A program made the translations under genes and the position numbers. Positions 34,008 to 43,702 of a stretch of DNA of 64,000 bases are shown one piece after another. The notes beneath the pieces are model-generated. The model saw only the letters and a list, made by a program, of their open reading frames with translations, was not told where the DNA came from and did not search any database. Location of the stretch: positions 672,001 through 736,000 of the forward strand of contig CAWEWF010000014.1 in the NCBI GenBank assembly GCA_963812605.1, read 5' to 3'. The first letter of the stretch is position 1, and each line of letters begins with the position of its first letter. Source of the stretch: an uncultured Verrucomicrobiae bacterium. GTDB taxonomy: Bacteria; Verrucomicrobiota; Verrucomicrobiia; Palsa-1439.

Positions 34008-34169
34008 ATGAGCAGCAAGGCGAAGAAAATGAAATCCGTTGCACGCAGCGCCGTCAAAGTTCATCGTGATCGTATGAAACCAATGGCCGATAGAGTGCGA
34101 GAAATGCGAAATCAAAGAGCCGTCGAACAAGTGATACGCAGTGAAGTGCGCTCATCTCTGCGCCACTAA
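34008..34169 (+). CDS. Possible small basic protein (53 aa)
   Basis: MSSKAKKMKSVARSAVKVHRDRMK...; TATCAT (-10-like) lies 8 nt upstream; no family recognised. Confidence 0.35.
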   Translation: MSSKAKKMKSVARSAVKVHRDRMKPMADRVREMRNQRAVEQVIRSEVRSSLRH

Positions 34170-34185
34170 AAATCAAATTAAGGCA

Positions 34186-35972
34186 CTACTGCTGCGTCGG
34201 CTCGTCGGTGAGCGTCTTGAGGAAGGCGACGAGGGCTTTTTTGTCGTCGAGACTGAGTGGGACCCCGCCGCCGGGATGTTTGGCGAGATTGGGATCGAGC
34301 GTTGCGCTGCGTTTCGTGCCGGTGCAGTAGTGCTCGATGACTTCTTCCAGGGTCTGGAAACGCCCGTCGTGCATGTACGGACCGGTCAGCGCAACGTTGC
34401 GGAGGGACGGAACCGCGAACTTTCCCTTGTCCAGCGGTTTTCCGGTCACCCGTTCACGACCCGTATCACTGGGATCGGCATCGAGGCCGTTGTTGGTGAA
34501 GCGGAAATCGGAGAAGAGCGGTCCGCCGTGACAATGAAAACAATCGGCTCCCGTCAGGCCGCGGCGCGGGTCGTATTCGGTCATGAACAGTTCGAAGCCG
34601 CGCTTCTCTTCCTCGCTGAGTTCGACCCTTCCCTTGAGCGCGTGATCGAATTTGGAGTTGGCCGACTCCGGCGTGAGGACGAATTGTTCTAGTGCACGCG
34701 CCACCCGATCCGCGCTGATCTCGCGGGAACCGAAGGCCTTCTCGAACTGTTCCGCGTAGCCCGGAGCGGCGGCGAGTTTACCCACCATCTTTTCTAGCGG
34801 CTCGTGCATCTCTTTTGTATCCTGAATCGGCATGAGTACCTGTTGACGTAGCGATGACGCGCGACCATCCCAGAAGAATTCCCGCTTCCACGCGAGGTTG
34901 AAGAGCGGCATGGCATTACGTGCGCCTTCCTGTTGGTCCGCGCCGATGCTGAAACGGCGCGGGCTATCGCTGAACGCCTGCGCCTCTTTGTGGCACGAGG
35001 CGCAAGAGAGCGTGTTGTCACGCGAGAGCAGTTTCTCATGGAAAAGTCGGCGTCCGAGAGAAACGCCCTCCTCGGTCAACGGATTATCGCGCGGCAATGA
35101 TGGAATCGGGAATCCTGCCCGGCACGCGGAAATGGTAAGGAGTAGCATTGGTGGCGATCAGGGCCACGGGAGATGACGGAAATTGGCGCAGCATCCGACG
35201 AAGAAACCGCGCGAACGGAGAAGCTGCGCGCAATGTTGGCCCGGAAGGTCGCCGCGAGCGGATCGCCTTCGCGTGAGTGGGTAGCGGATGAGTCCGCTGC
35301 GAAATGAACCGACTGCAATAATCCATGCACGTCCAAGGCGATGTCGATATGGCGGTCTTGCTGCAGATCGAGAGGCGCGGCCAGACTGACTGGCGTTTGG
35401 TTCGGTGTTTTTGCCAGATGAAGCGAAAAGCCGGCATCTTTGTCGTAGTGGCCTTCCAGAGCGAAGAACACGTAGCCACCCTGCCAACTCCAGTGGAGGC
35501 TATTGACCAGTGGATTCAATGGATGATCCGCGGGCCATTGCGATGGGTCGCCATAATTTGTTTTTTCATTTAGCCCGACAGTGAACGTCACTTGCTGATA
35601 GGAATCTGGCGGCACGTTCTCCAAGCGGAAGCTCAATTTATTCTGCAGGGCATCGATGAACGCGAATTGCCCCGGCAGATCGATCCAACGCCCATCGCTC
35701 TGCTGCAGGCGAAAGCCTGAAAGCAGAAACGCCAATCGCGTCACCGTGACGGTCTGGCCGGAGTCAGTCGTCCACGACGGGTTGCCGCTAGGTTCGATGC
35801 GAATCTCGAGAGTCGCCGCGCACGCTTGGTGGGCCATCATCAAACAAACCGCCACAATCAATAGAACGGTTGTAGAGACGCTTCTGTGAAGCGCCGCCGT
35901 AATGCCACGCATCAACGGCCCGCGCTTCACAGAAGCGCGGCTACAACGGCTTGTTATATTTCGCGACTTCAC
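34186..35972 (-). CDS. Probable MbnP-like + MbnH-like di-heme cytochrome c peroxidase fusion; frameshifts at ~35120-35180
   Basis: N part: HPLNPLVNSLHWSWQGGYVFFALEG (WxW motif). C part: SCASCH, FFWDGRA, DCFHCH, PSLRNVALTGPYMHDGRF. Linker TPYHFRVPAGFPIPSLPRDNPL is restored across frames. Confidence 0.8.
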
Positions 35973-37414
35973 GGGTCAAATGACGCGATGGAGGACAAGT
36001 TCACCTTGTAGAAACGGCGGGTGTAGGTCTGGGCGGCACCGACTTCGGTATTCTGCGAAACGATACCGGTGGCGGTGACGGATGGACTCAGGGCGGCCCA
36101 ATTGACCATATCGGTCGAGGCGTCGACGATGTACGTGCCGCCTTGCACACTGCTCCAGGTGAGCGTTACGTCGCCACTGGCCGAAGTGCTGACGCCCGTG
36201 GCGATGAGCGCGGTGTTGGTACCGCCCGTGAAGTTCGTCGTGACCGACTCGGTGATAGTGCTGACCGTGCCGCCACTGACGACGCCGTAGAACTGGCGAC
36301 CGAGAAGATACGGGTAGGCGGGCGTGCCATCACTGTTGATTGTGACGAAGTAGGCGTAGGTCCCTGCCGGATAATCGGGGGTGACGCAGAAACGCCCGTT
36401 GTAGCGATCGAGGTCCCACTGCGCGCCGGCGGTGAGGTTGGTCGGCAGGTCGCCGAGATGATCGTTGTCCTCGGCATAGCGGCCCAGTGCAAACGAACCG
36501 GTCATATCGGCGGCCTTCGTTGTGCTCGGACCGTATTGCGACGACGTGAGGTTGGTGCGACCTTGGGCCAATTGCGCCCAGTAGGGCAACGTCGTGCGAC
36601 CGGTGACGTTAAGGTTCGAGGTCCCGTAGGATCCGTCGCGCTTGATATAACCGGAGATCAGGCGACGGACGCCGGAAGCGGCGTTGGTCGGGTCTGAATA
36701 ACCGTACGGACCGTAAACCGGATAGCCGTCGAAGGCCCACGCGAGAATCGGCGAATGCTGGAGGTTGTTGGTGTTCTCGCTGTAGGTAGTGGTGGCACCG
36801 TTGTAGGTCGCATTGTCGTTGAGTTGGTAGCGCAGCCCGATGGGGTTGATGTGCATGTGATACTGGCCGCTGCCTGGCTGATGCGCATTGGTAGGATCAA
36901 ATGTCGGAAGCTCGCCGAAATACGCGTCGCGTTCCCAAATGCCGGTGCCGATCATGCCCTGGACATCCATGCCGTTCGTATAGGCGTAGCCGTCGAGCAT
37001 ATTGAACATGGCGACCCCATTGACGTACATCCCCATCGCTCCGCCGGGGGTCTTGGTGAGCGTGCCGGTCGCAGGCGTCGGCACCCGCGGAAAACGCATC
37101 GTCACTTTTTGGTTGGTCGGCTTGTTCGGAAAGATCATGGTCTTGGCGGTGTTGAGATACCACGGGCCCATGATGTAACTGGCGAGACCGCTCGCGTACA
37201 CGTAGACGTAGCTCGCCGAATACATGATCGTTTGCACATCGGAATACACAGGCAACGTCTGCCCGGTCCAGGTGGTGACCGGGGTGGCGCCCGTGGTGCC
37301 ACGAATAATCGCATATTGCGCGGTGTTTGAGGTGGCCCATGACGTCAGTTGCGGGTCGGCAAATGCCGAAGCGCCCAATGTGAATGTGAGGAAAAGAGCC
37401 AGAAATGGTTTCAT
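35969..37414 (-). CDS. YHYH-domain secreted protein
   Basis: GMYVNGVAMFN, AHQPGSGQYHMH, HSPILAWAFDGYPVYGPYG, DLDRYNGRFCVTPDYPAGTYAYF. Confidence 0.88.
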   Translation of the reverse strand: MKPFLALFLTFTLGASAFADPQLTSWATSNTAQYAIIRGTTGATPVTTWTGQTLPVYSDVQTIMYSASYVYVYASGLASYIMGPWYLNTAKTMIFPNKPTNQKVTMRFPRVPTPATGTLTKTPGGAMGMYVNGVAMFNMLDGYAYTNGMDVQGMIGTGIWERDAYFGELPTFDPTNAHQPGSGQYHMHINPIGLRYQLNDNATYNGATTTYSENTNNLQHSPILAWAFDGYPVYGPYGYSDPTNAASGVRRLISGYIKRDGSYGTSNLNVTGRTTLPYWAQLAQGRTNLTSSQYGPSTTKAADMTGSFALGRYAEDNDHLGDLPTNLTAGAQWDLDRYNGRFCVTPDYPAGTYAYFVTINSDGTPAYPYLLGRQFYGVVSGGTVSTITESVTTNFTGGTNTALIATGVSTSASGDVTLTWSSVQGGTYIVDASTDMVNWAALSPSVTATGIVSQNTEVGAAQTYTRRFYKVNLSSIASFDP

Positions 37415-37439
37415 GTTGATCCCCCTGATGTAAGTTTGG

Positions 37440-37470
37440 CAGGCGCGCACCCGATGAGAGTGCGCGCCTG
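37440..37470. terminator. Intergenic hairpin (terminator or processing stem)
   Basis: CAGGCGCGCAC-CCGATGAGA-GTGCGCGCCTG. Confidence 0.45.
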
Positions 37471-37483
37471 CTTTATGGTTCGT

Positions 37484-38134
37484 TTAGTTGTTGTCGGACG
37501 GAGGCGGCGGACGTTGACCTCCCTGCTCATCACCGCCGCCCGGCGGGCCGTTCGGACGCGGCGGCAGGTATTCGTCCCGCGTCAACTTGCCGTCATGATT
37601 CTTGTCGAGCGTCAGCAACTCCGCCGGGGCGTTTGCGATCTCATTCGAATCGATTATGCCGTCGTGGTTGACGTCGAGCGCCTGGAGGAGGGGCAAGGGC
37701 GGCGGACGATGATGTCCTCCCTGCGGGCCACCACCGGGGCCTCCTTGCTGATTCCCCTGCTGATTGCCGCCCGGACCGTGCTGCTGGTTCCCCTGTGGGC
37801 CGCCTTGTGGCCCTCCCTGCTGGTCGCCTTGCGGGCCGTTTGGACGGGGCGGTCTGTACTCGTCCGGCGTCAGTTTGCCATCGTGGTTTTTGTCGAGCGT
37901 CAGCAACTCCGCCGAGGCATTTGCGATTTCATTGGAATCGATCACGCCATCGTGGTTGACGTCGAGCGCTTCCACGAGCGGAGAAGGCGGCGGACGATGA
38001 TGGTGATGCCCTCCTTGCTGTCCCTCTCCCCCACCGCCCTGTGGCGGCGGGCCGCCCTCGTCCTGCGCGAAGATCGTCGCCGCTCCCAAACCAACAACCG
38101 CTACTGTCATCCAAATAAGCCTTGGTACTTTCAT
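37484..38134 (-). CDS. Secreted EF-hand repeat protein with Gly/Pro/Gln-rich linkers and His clusters
   Basis: Two copies of ALDVNHDG(V/I)IDSNEIANA..LLTLDKNHDGKLT.DEY; HHHHRPPP and HHRPPP. Confidence 0.88.
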   Translation of the reverse strand: MKVPRLIWMTVAVVGLGAATIFAQDEGGPPPQGGGGEGQQGGHHHHRPPPSPLVEALDVNHDGVIDSNEIANASAELLTLDKNHDGKLTPDEYRPPRPNGPQGDQQGGPQGGPQGNQQHGPGGNQQGNQQGGPGGGPQGGHHRPPPLPLLQALDVNHDGIIDSNEIANAPAELLTLDKNHDGKLTRDEYLPPRPNGPPGGGDEQGGQRPPPPSDNN

Positions 38135-38170
38135 AACTTTGATTCCTTTCTGCCAGTAATAAACACGGCT

Positions 38171-38224
38171 ATTGTTAAGACGGTGTGTGCGAAAACAGGG
38201 AAAATTGTTAAGGAAGCGTTAAAG
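38171..38224. promoter_or_regulatory. Candidate response-regulator boxes in the divergent promoter
   Basis: ATTGTTAAG twice, plus GTTAAGG-N4-GTTAAAG at an 11-bp period. Confidence 0.4.
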
Positions 38225-38262
38225 TTGCGGCGCAATCAGCCTGCCTGCGGTATTCTGGCAAC

Positions 38263-38982
38263 GTGACGACCGAACGTTCCACGCGCGTGTTGATCATCGA
38301 CGACGACCGCAAACTCTGCGCGCTCATTCGCGAATATCTCGCGCCGCTCGGCTTCGAGGTGGCTGCCGCGCACACCGGTCCGGCCGGCGTCGAACAGGCG
38401 ACGACCGGCAACCACGACGTGGTCATTCTCGACGTGATGCTGCCCGGTCTCGACGGCTTCGAAGTATTGAAACGTATCCGCCAGAAATCACAGGTGCCGG
38501 TACTCATGCTCACAGCCCGTGGCGAGGAGACCGACCGAATCGTCGGCCTGGAAGTTGGCGCGGACGACTACCTGCCGAAGACGTTCTCGACCCGCGAACT
38601 TTTGGCGCGTCTGCGCGCCGTAATGCGTCGCGCCTCCCGTCCGACCCCGGCCACCGCCGATGCTCCGAGCGGCGAGATTGTTGTGGGCGACTTGCGGCTC
38701 AATTCCGACGCGCGCGTGGCTGCGCTCGGCGATAAACCCCTCGATTTGACGGCCATCGAATTCGACCTGCTGGAATGTCTGGCGCGGGCACGGGGGCGCG
38801 TGCGTTCGCGCGAGCAACTTATCGAATCCATCACCGAACGCAACTATAACGTCTATGACCGCTCGGTGGACGTGCACATCTGTTCGTTGCGGAAGAAGTT
38901 GGGGGACGAATCGGCCAGTCCGCGCTTCATCCGCACTGTGCGCGCGGTCGGTTATCTGTTCATCAACCCGGACAACCGATGA
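38263..38982 (+). CDS. OmpR/CpxR-like response regulator
   Basis: LIIDDD, LDVMLP, GADDYLPK, DRSVDVHI..LRKKL. Confidence 0.93.
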   Translation: MTTERSTRVLIIDDDRKLCALIREYLAPLGFEVAAAHTGPAGVEQATTGNHDVVILDVMLPGLDGFEVLKRIRQKSQVPVLMLTARGEETDRIVGLEVGADDYLPKTFSTRELLARLRAVMRRASRPTPATADAPSGEIVVGDLRLNSDARVAALGDKPLDLTAIEFDLLECLARARGRVRSREQLIESITERNYNVYDRSVDVHICSLRKKLGDESASPRFIRTVRAVGYLFINPDNR

Positions 38983-40436
38983 GACTGCGCCTGCCGCTAC
39001 TTGCCCGCATCCTGTTGTGGTTCTTCCTGAACCTCGCGTTGCTGGCCGCCGGTTTTGTCCTGTTGGTGCGGTCGCAGTTCATCTTCGACAGTGATTTCCT
39101 GCTGACGGCGGGCGCTGCGGAGCGCTTGCAGATGATAAGCGATGAGATCGCGACCGAAATGTCAAACCGTCCACTGGAACAATGGAAAGACCTGCTGGAT
39201 CAGTATGACAACACTTACAAAGTCCGCTTTCATGTTTTTTCCGAGGAAGGCCGGCCATTGGCAGGTGGCGAACCGCAACGGTTGCCTCCCGAAGTCCACG
39301 ATCGTATCGGGCGGCGTCCGCCGCCGCCACGGCGTTCGCCATCCGAGAATGTGGGGCCATTAGAGAACCTGCCGCCGCAGGATTCGCCGCCAGAGCAACG
39401 TCCGCCTCCAACGGCGGGACGCAACCAGAATCCATTGCGCCGGCTCATTCGCGCGGGTAATCCCGCGCGTTATTGGGTCATTGTTCGCGCCTCGACCGGA
39501 GTGGTCGTCGTTGTCGAATCTGAGACATTGACCGGCGGCGGATTGTTTCTCGACCTGCGGCCGTGGCTGGTGGCGATTTTCGGCGCGGCGATTTTTTCGG
39601 CGCTGTTCTGGGTGCCGGTGGTTCGGGGAATCACCGGCTCCATCGCCCAAATGACGCAGGCCACCAAGCAGATTGCGGAAGGCCATTTCGAGGTGCGAGT
39701 GGAGGCGCATCGCGGCGACGAACTCGGCACCCTCAGCCAGTCCATTAACAGCATGGCGCAGCGGTTGGATGGTTTTGTCACGGGCCAGAAACGCTTTCTC
39801 GGCGACATTGCGCATGAACTTTGTTCGCCGCTGGCCCGATTGCGCGTCGCGCTCGGCATCCTGGAGGAACGCGTCAGCGGCCCGCAGCAGCCCGATGTTT
39901 CCCGCGCCGCCGAACAGGCCGATGAAATCGCCGCGCTCGTAAATGAACTGTTGTCGTTTTCCAAAGCCTCGCTCGGCGCGACGCACGCCAAACTTCAGCA
40001 GGTTTCCCTGCGGACACTGGCTGAGACGGCAATCCGTCACGAGTTCATTGACAGCACACCCATCGAGGTGAAGATCGCGCCCGACCTTCGCGTCGAGGTT
40101 GAACCGGAGTTGCTGACCCGCGCCCTGTCGAACCTGCTGCGGAATGCCATTCGCTATGCCGGTGATGCCGGGCCAATCACGATTACCGCCGAGCCGCGCG
40201 ACGGACAGGTTCTGTTGACGATCTCCGACTGTGGTCCCGGCATTCCCGAAGCGGAATTGCAGCGCATCTTCGATCCCTTCTACCGGCTTGACGCTTCGCG
40301 CGATCGGGAAACCGGCGGTGTCGGCTTGGGCCTGGCCATTGTGAAGACGTGCGTCGAGGCGTGTCAGGGAACGGTAGTTGCGGAGAATCGGGTGCCGAGT
40401 GGGTTGCAGGTGATGATTACATTACGAGCTGCGTAG
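38979..40436 (+). CDS. HAMP sensor histidine kinase (CpxA-like)
   Basis: Two TMs, Pro-rich periplasmic loop, DELGTL, DIAHELCSPL, NLLRNAIRY, GLGLAI. Confidence 0.93.
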   Translation: MRLRLPLLARILLWFFLNLALLAAGFVLLVRSQFIFDSDFLLTAGAAERLQMISDEIATEMSNRPLEQWKDLLDQYDNTYKVRFHVFSEEGRPLAGGEPQRLPPEVHDRIGRRPPPPRRSPSENVGPLENLPPQDSPPEQRPPPTAGRNQNPLRRLIRAGNPARYWVIVRASTGVVVVVESETLTGGGLFLDLRPWLVAIFGAAIFSALFWVPVVRGITGSIAQMTQATKQIAEGHFEVRVEAHRGDELGTLSQSINSMAQRLDGFVTGQKRFLGDIAHELCSPLARLRVALGILEERVSGPQQPDVSRAAEQADEIAALVNELLSFSKASLGATHAKLQQVSLRTLAETAIRHEFIDSTPIEVKIAPDLRVEVEPELLTRALSNLLRNAIRYAGDAGPITITAEPRDGQVLLTISDCGPGIPEAELQRIFDPFYRLDASRDRETGGVGLGLAIVKTCVEACQGTVVAENRVPSGLQVMITLRAA

Positions 40437-40482
40437 TTGCACGGAGCGCGCGGGCACTGCAATAATTGGGAGGGTCTTTGCA

Positions 40483-40857
40483 TTAATCTCGCTGCCACGA
40501 ATCACCGTTCGTACCGCTGGCTGTAAATGGAGGAGCTAAATGCCAAATCATGGCTGCCGTTCGATTCGAGATCGACACGAATCTAAGTTCCGAAAATTTG
40601 CTCAGATCGAGTTCATTAGTGACAACTGTCTTCGCAAAGGCGGCAAGTTCCTGAGCATCCTTTGGGGGCCTGTCTTTCTCCTCGCAGAACTTGAAAAACT
40701 GAACGGAAACGCTCGCAACCGGATCGAACTGAGCCTTAAGCTGTCCGCCAATGTCAGCGTCCCAATCAGCCGTGAACTTCTGCCAGCCCAACATGGCAAT
40801 GACACCAACGCTCACCCCTGCGGCAAAAATCAAAAAGCGTCGAAGCAGCTTTCTCAT
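40483..40857 (-). CDS. Hypothetical membrane-anchored protein
   Basis: 124-aa ORF with an N-terminal hydrophobic helix, in a lower-GC segment. Confidence 0.55.
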   Translation of the reverse strand: MRKLLRRFLIFAAGVSVGVIAMLGWQKFTADWDADIGGQLKAQFDPVASVSVQFFKFCEEKDRPPKDAQELAAFAKTVVTNELDLSKFSELRFVSISNRTAAMIWHLAPPFTASGTNGDSWQRD

Positions 40858-41081
40858 TCTCCACGCCTAACATGGATTAGACGTCCTAATGGCGTAAAAA
40901 AGACGCCGCGTTGGCGTCTATTTCTATTCCCATTTCCATTTGGAGTCTGCATTTCGTACCAACTCCGTCCGCAGCAAGCACGTTAGCCAAGCCGTCTAAT
41001 GCCAGCAAGCCCAAACTCCCAGATCGCGAATGCCTACGCCTACTGACTCCGCAGGCTAAAGGCTGCGGCTACGGGTTTTGA

Positions 41082-42104
41082 TTACAGGTTCTCACTGGCT
41101 CCCGGTGGGATCCACAAGAATGAGCCGTGCTTTTGGAAGTGTACGATCTGCTGGACGGTCTGTTCGGCTTTGCGGTTGACCGCTTCGGAGGTGTTGAAGG
41201 CGTTGTGGGGGGTGAGGATCACGTTCGGGCGGGCGGCCAGCGGGAAAACAGCTTCGTTTTCTTTCGCTGTTGGTAGGGCGCGCTCGCCGAGCGCGCCGTT
41301 TGTTGACCCTACGGACGGCGGGCTGGGCCAGCCCGCCCTACCGGAGCGTAGCGCGACGGCCAGGGCACTTTCGTTTTCATAGACATCCAGCGCCAAGCCG
41401 CCCAGATGTCCTTCGTCCAATAATCGCAGCAAATCGTTCGTGGGGGATAGCTCGCCGCGGGCGATGTTGATGAAAATGACACCGCGCTTGGCGCGCTGGA
41501 GCGTTTCGTAGCGGAAGTAGCCTGTGTTCGCATCGGTCAGATTCATCGCACAGACAATGATGTCGGCCCATACCAGCCCTTCATCGATAGGTATATATGA
41601 TACGGAAGCGTGTCGCTGAACCAGATCGACGCCTTTCGCTTCCATGCCCAGCGCTTGCGCGATCTTTACGATTTCCGCGCCGATGCTGCCAACACCGACG
41701 ACCAGTAAGCGTTTCCCGGCGCATTCCTGTCCCGTGAGACCGTCGCGCTGAAACTTCGGGAATTGCGCGATTTGCGCCGGGAGTTTTCGTAGCAACGCCA
41801 GCACCAGCAGCAGCGCCTGCTCCGCCACGGCGCGGCTGCAATAATGCGGCAGGTAGCCGCAGGGTATTTTCTGTCCGACGAGATGGTCGTAGCCTGTCGT
41901 GCGTGATATGATGCCGCTCACCTTCCCCACCCACGCCGCGGGAATGACGGATTGCGTCCGAATGCTGATGAGCGGCGCGGGTGGTTCACGGTCGCCGGTT
42001 TCCTGGATGGTCTTCCCCGTGAAGCCTGCCTGCACCGCTGCCGGCAAGTAACGGCGCAGCGCGGCAATCTCTTCCTCAAACGCTTCGTAGAAATAGACGT
42101 CCAT
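41082..42104 (-). CDS. D-2-hydroxyacid dehydrogenase family protein with in-frame REP insert
   Basis: RTTGYDH, AVAEQA, VGVGSIG, INIARGEL, LDVYENE, ILTPHNAF. Confidence 0.9.
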   Translation of the reverse strand: MDVYFYEAFEEEIAALRRYLPAAVQAGFTGKTIQETGDREPPAPLISIRTQSVIPAAWVGKVSGIISRTTGYDHLVGQKIPCGYLPHYCSRAVAEQALLLVLALLRKLPAQIAQFPKFQRDGLTGQECAGKRLLVVGVGSIGAEIVKIAQALGMEAKGVDLVQRHASVSYIPIDEGLVWADIIVCAMNLTDANTGYFRYETLQRAKRGVIFINIARGELSPTNDLLRLLDEGHLGGLALDVYENESALAVALRSGRAGWPSPPSVGSTNGALGERALPTAKENEAVFPLAARPNVILTPHNAFNTSEAVNRKAEQTVQQIVHFQKHGSFLWIPPGASENL

Positions 42105-42140
42105 TTATTTGCGTGAAGACTGTAACAAAAGCGTGGCGGG

Positions 42141-42169
42141 TTGACAGCATTTCAAGCGGCTTGTACTAT
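42141..42169 (+). promoter_or_regulatory. Sigma70 promoter of tRNA-Val
   Basis: TTGACA-N17-TACTAT. Confidence 0.75.
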
Positions 42170-42184
42170 CGGAGCGGTGGCGAG

Positions 42185-42261
42185 GGACGATTAGCTCAGT
42201 TGGCTAGAGCGCTTCCTTGACATGGAAGAGGTCACAGGTTCAAGTCCTGTATCGTCCACCA
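42185..42261 (+). tRNA. tRNA-Val(GAC)
   Basis: Acceptor stem GGACGAT/ATCGTCC, D arm AGCTCAGTTGG, anticodon arm CTTCC-TTGACAT-GGAAG, GTTCAAGT T loop, encoded CCA. Confidence 0.97.
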
Positions 42262-42384
42262 TCCTTCGCTCGAAGCGCAGCGAAGACGAAGGGTGCGCGC
42301 CGTAGCCCGTCGTTTGGCGAAGGTGGGCTTTCCGAGCAAAGATTTTTTGTGCGCTTCGAGCTAAGGCTGGCACGCCAACATTTT

Positions 42385-42549
42385 ATGTATCATGCATACA
42401 TTCTCCGCAGCATTTCCAACTCGACCCGGTACTACGTTGGTTTCACCGAAAACATGAAGCAACGTCTCCCTGACCATAACGCGGGACAGCCTTTGCCTGT
42501 CAGAATGCATCGACACAGGCAGGGACGCCTGTGCCACCAAATTTTATGA
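42385..42549 (+). pseudogene. Truncated GIY-YIG nuclease
   Basis: MYHAYILRS...YYVGFTENMKQRLPDHNAG, then diverges into a REP (CACAGGCAGGGACGCCTGTGCCACCA). Confidence 0.7.
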
Positions 42550-42611
42550 GACTACTTGTAGACATTGCGTTGCTCTGGCATAATTGGCGAGAACACTTAA
42601 AGGAGAACACA

Positions 42612-43106
42612 ATGGCACTGAAAGTTGGCGACAAGGCACCGGATTTTGAATTGACCACGAAAGCGGCGGAGGGTCCGAAGAAGATCAAGCTCAGCAGCAA
42701 CCAGGGCAAGAAGAACACGGTGCTGCTGTTTTTCCCGATGGCTTTTACCGGCGGTTGCACGAAAGAGATGTGCGAGGTGAGCATGGGGTTGAACGCCTAC
42801 ACCAGCCTAAATGCCGACGTCCTCGGGATCAGCGGCGACAATCCGTTCGCGCAAGCCGCGTGGGCGGAGAAAGAAAAGATCACCGTCGCGTTGCTGGCCG
42901 ACTACGAACACAAGGTCGCCCAGGCGTATGGCATCGCCTATGACAGTTTTTTGCCGCAGAAGAACCTCGGCATGGGCGGCGTCCCCAAGCGATCGGCCTT
43001 CGTCATCGACAAACAAGGGGTCGTGCGTTACGCGGAAAGTAACGATGATCCGGGCGTAATGCCGAATTTCGAGGCGATCAAGTCGAGCCTGGCGCAGTTG
43101 AAGTAG
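42612..43106 (+). CDS. Peroxiredoxin (AhpC/TSA family)
   Basis: LKVGDKAPDFEL, FFPMAFTGGCTKEMC, RSAFVIDKQG; AAGGAG RBS. Confidence 0.92.
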   Translation: MALKVGDKAPDFELTTKAAEGPKKIKLSSNQGKKNTVLLFFPMAFTGGCTKEMCEVSMGLNAYTSLNADVLGISGDNPFAQAAWAEKEKITVALLADYEHKVAQAYGIAYDSFLPQKNLGMGGVPKRSAFVIDKQGVVRYAESNDDPGVMPNFEAIKSSLAQLK

Positions 43107-43183
43107 CAAGGTCCGCTGGGTCCGCGCAGTTTTATCGCCCTGGCCTGACACGTCAGGGCGATTTTTTACCAGTCGCCGGCGCT

Positions 43184-43702
43184 TCAATGGCCCTGGGCGC
43201 GATCGGGTTCGAGCACGCGGGAATTCACGGTCGCTACAATCCGTTTGCAGGCCTGGCCCAGATCTTCTCCTGCGGTGATTTCCAGCCAATGTCCGCGAAG
43301 GAAGATGTATCCCTTGCCGAACGCGGCAGCGTGTTCCGCGGTGGCCTCGTCGGCGCGTTGAGAAACGAAGGCGCTCATGCGTTCGGTGTCGAAACATTGT
43401 CCGATCAATACCGAAAAGGCAACGCCGGCGGAATCCTTCGTGTGGATTCCCGAAGTCGTGCCCACAGGCGCGGCAAAAACGTCCAGACGATACGCGGGCT
43501 CCTCATCCGTGAGCATCACGTGTGGTAGCGATTGAAGGGCGTCGGTCAACTGCCTGACGATGTTGCTTTTGAGCGAGGCCTCCGCAGTGACCGTCAATTT
43601 GATGCGTATGGCAGACGCTGTTCCTTCACTCTGAGCAGGAACTTGTACTTCGAGGGACAGCAAACCCGCCAGCACAACCATAAACGCAACGAAACGCTTC
43701 AT
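43184..43702 (-). CDS. Secreted hypothetical protein
   Basis: AAGGAG RBS; signal peptide MKRFVAFMVVLAGLLSL. Confidence 0.65.
   Translation of the reverse strand: MKRFVAFMVVLAGLLSLEVQVPAQSEGTASAIRIKLTVTAEASLKSNIVRQLTDALQSLPHVMLTDEEPAYRLDVFAAPVGTTSGIHTKDSAGVAFSVLIGQCFDTERMSAFVSQRADEATAEHAAAFGKGYIFLRGHWLEITAGEDLGQACKRIVATVNSRVLEPDRAQGH

Noticed and set aside
37560-37990. Internal direct repeat as a mobile or non-coding repeat
   Set aside because: It is the duplicated EF-hand pair within the coding sequence.
42185-42261. tRNA-Val as the att site of an integrated island
   Set aside because: No duplicated tRNA 3' end or integrase was found in the window.
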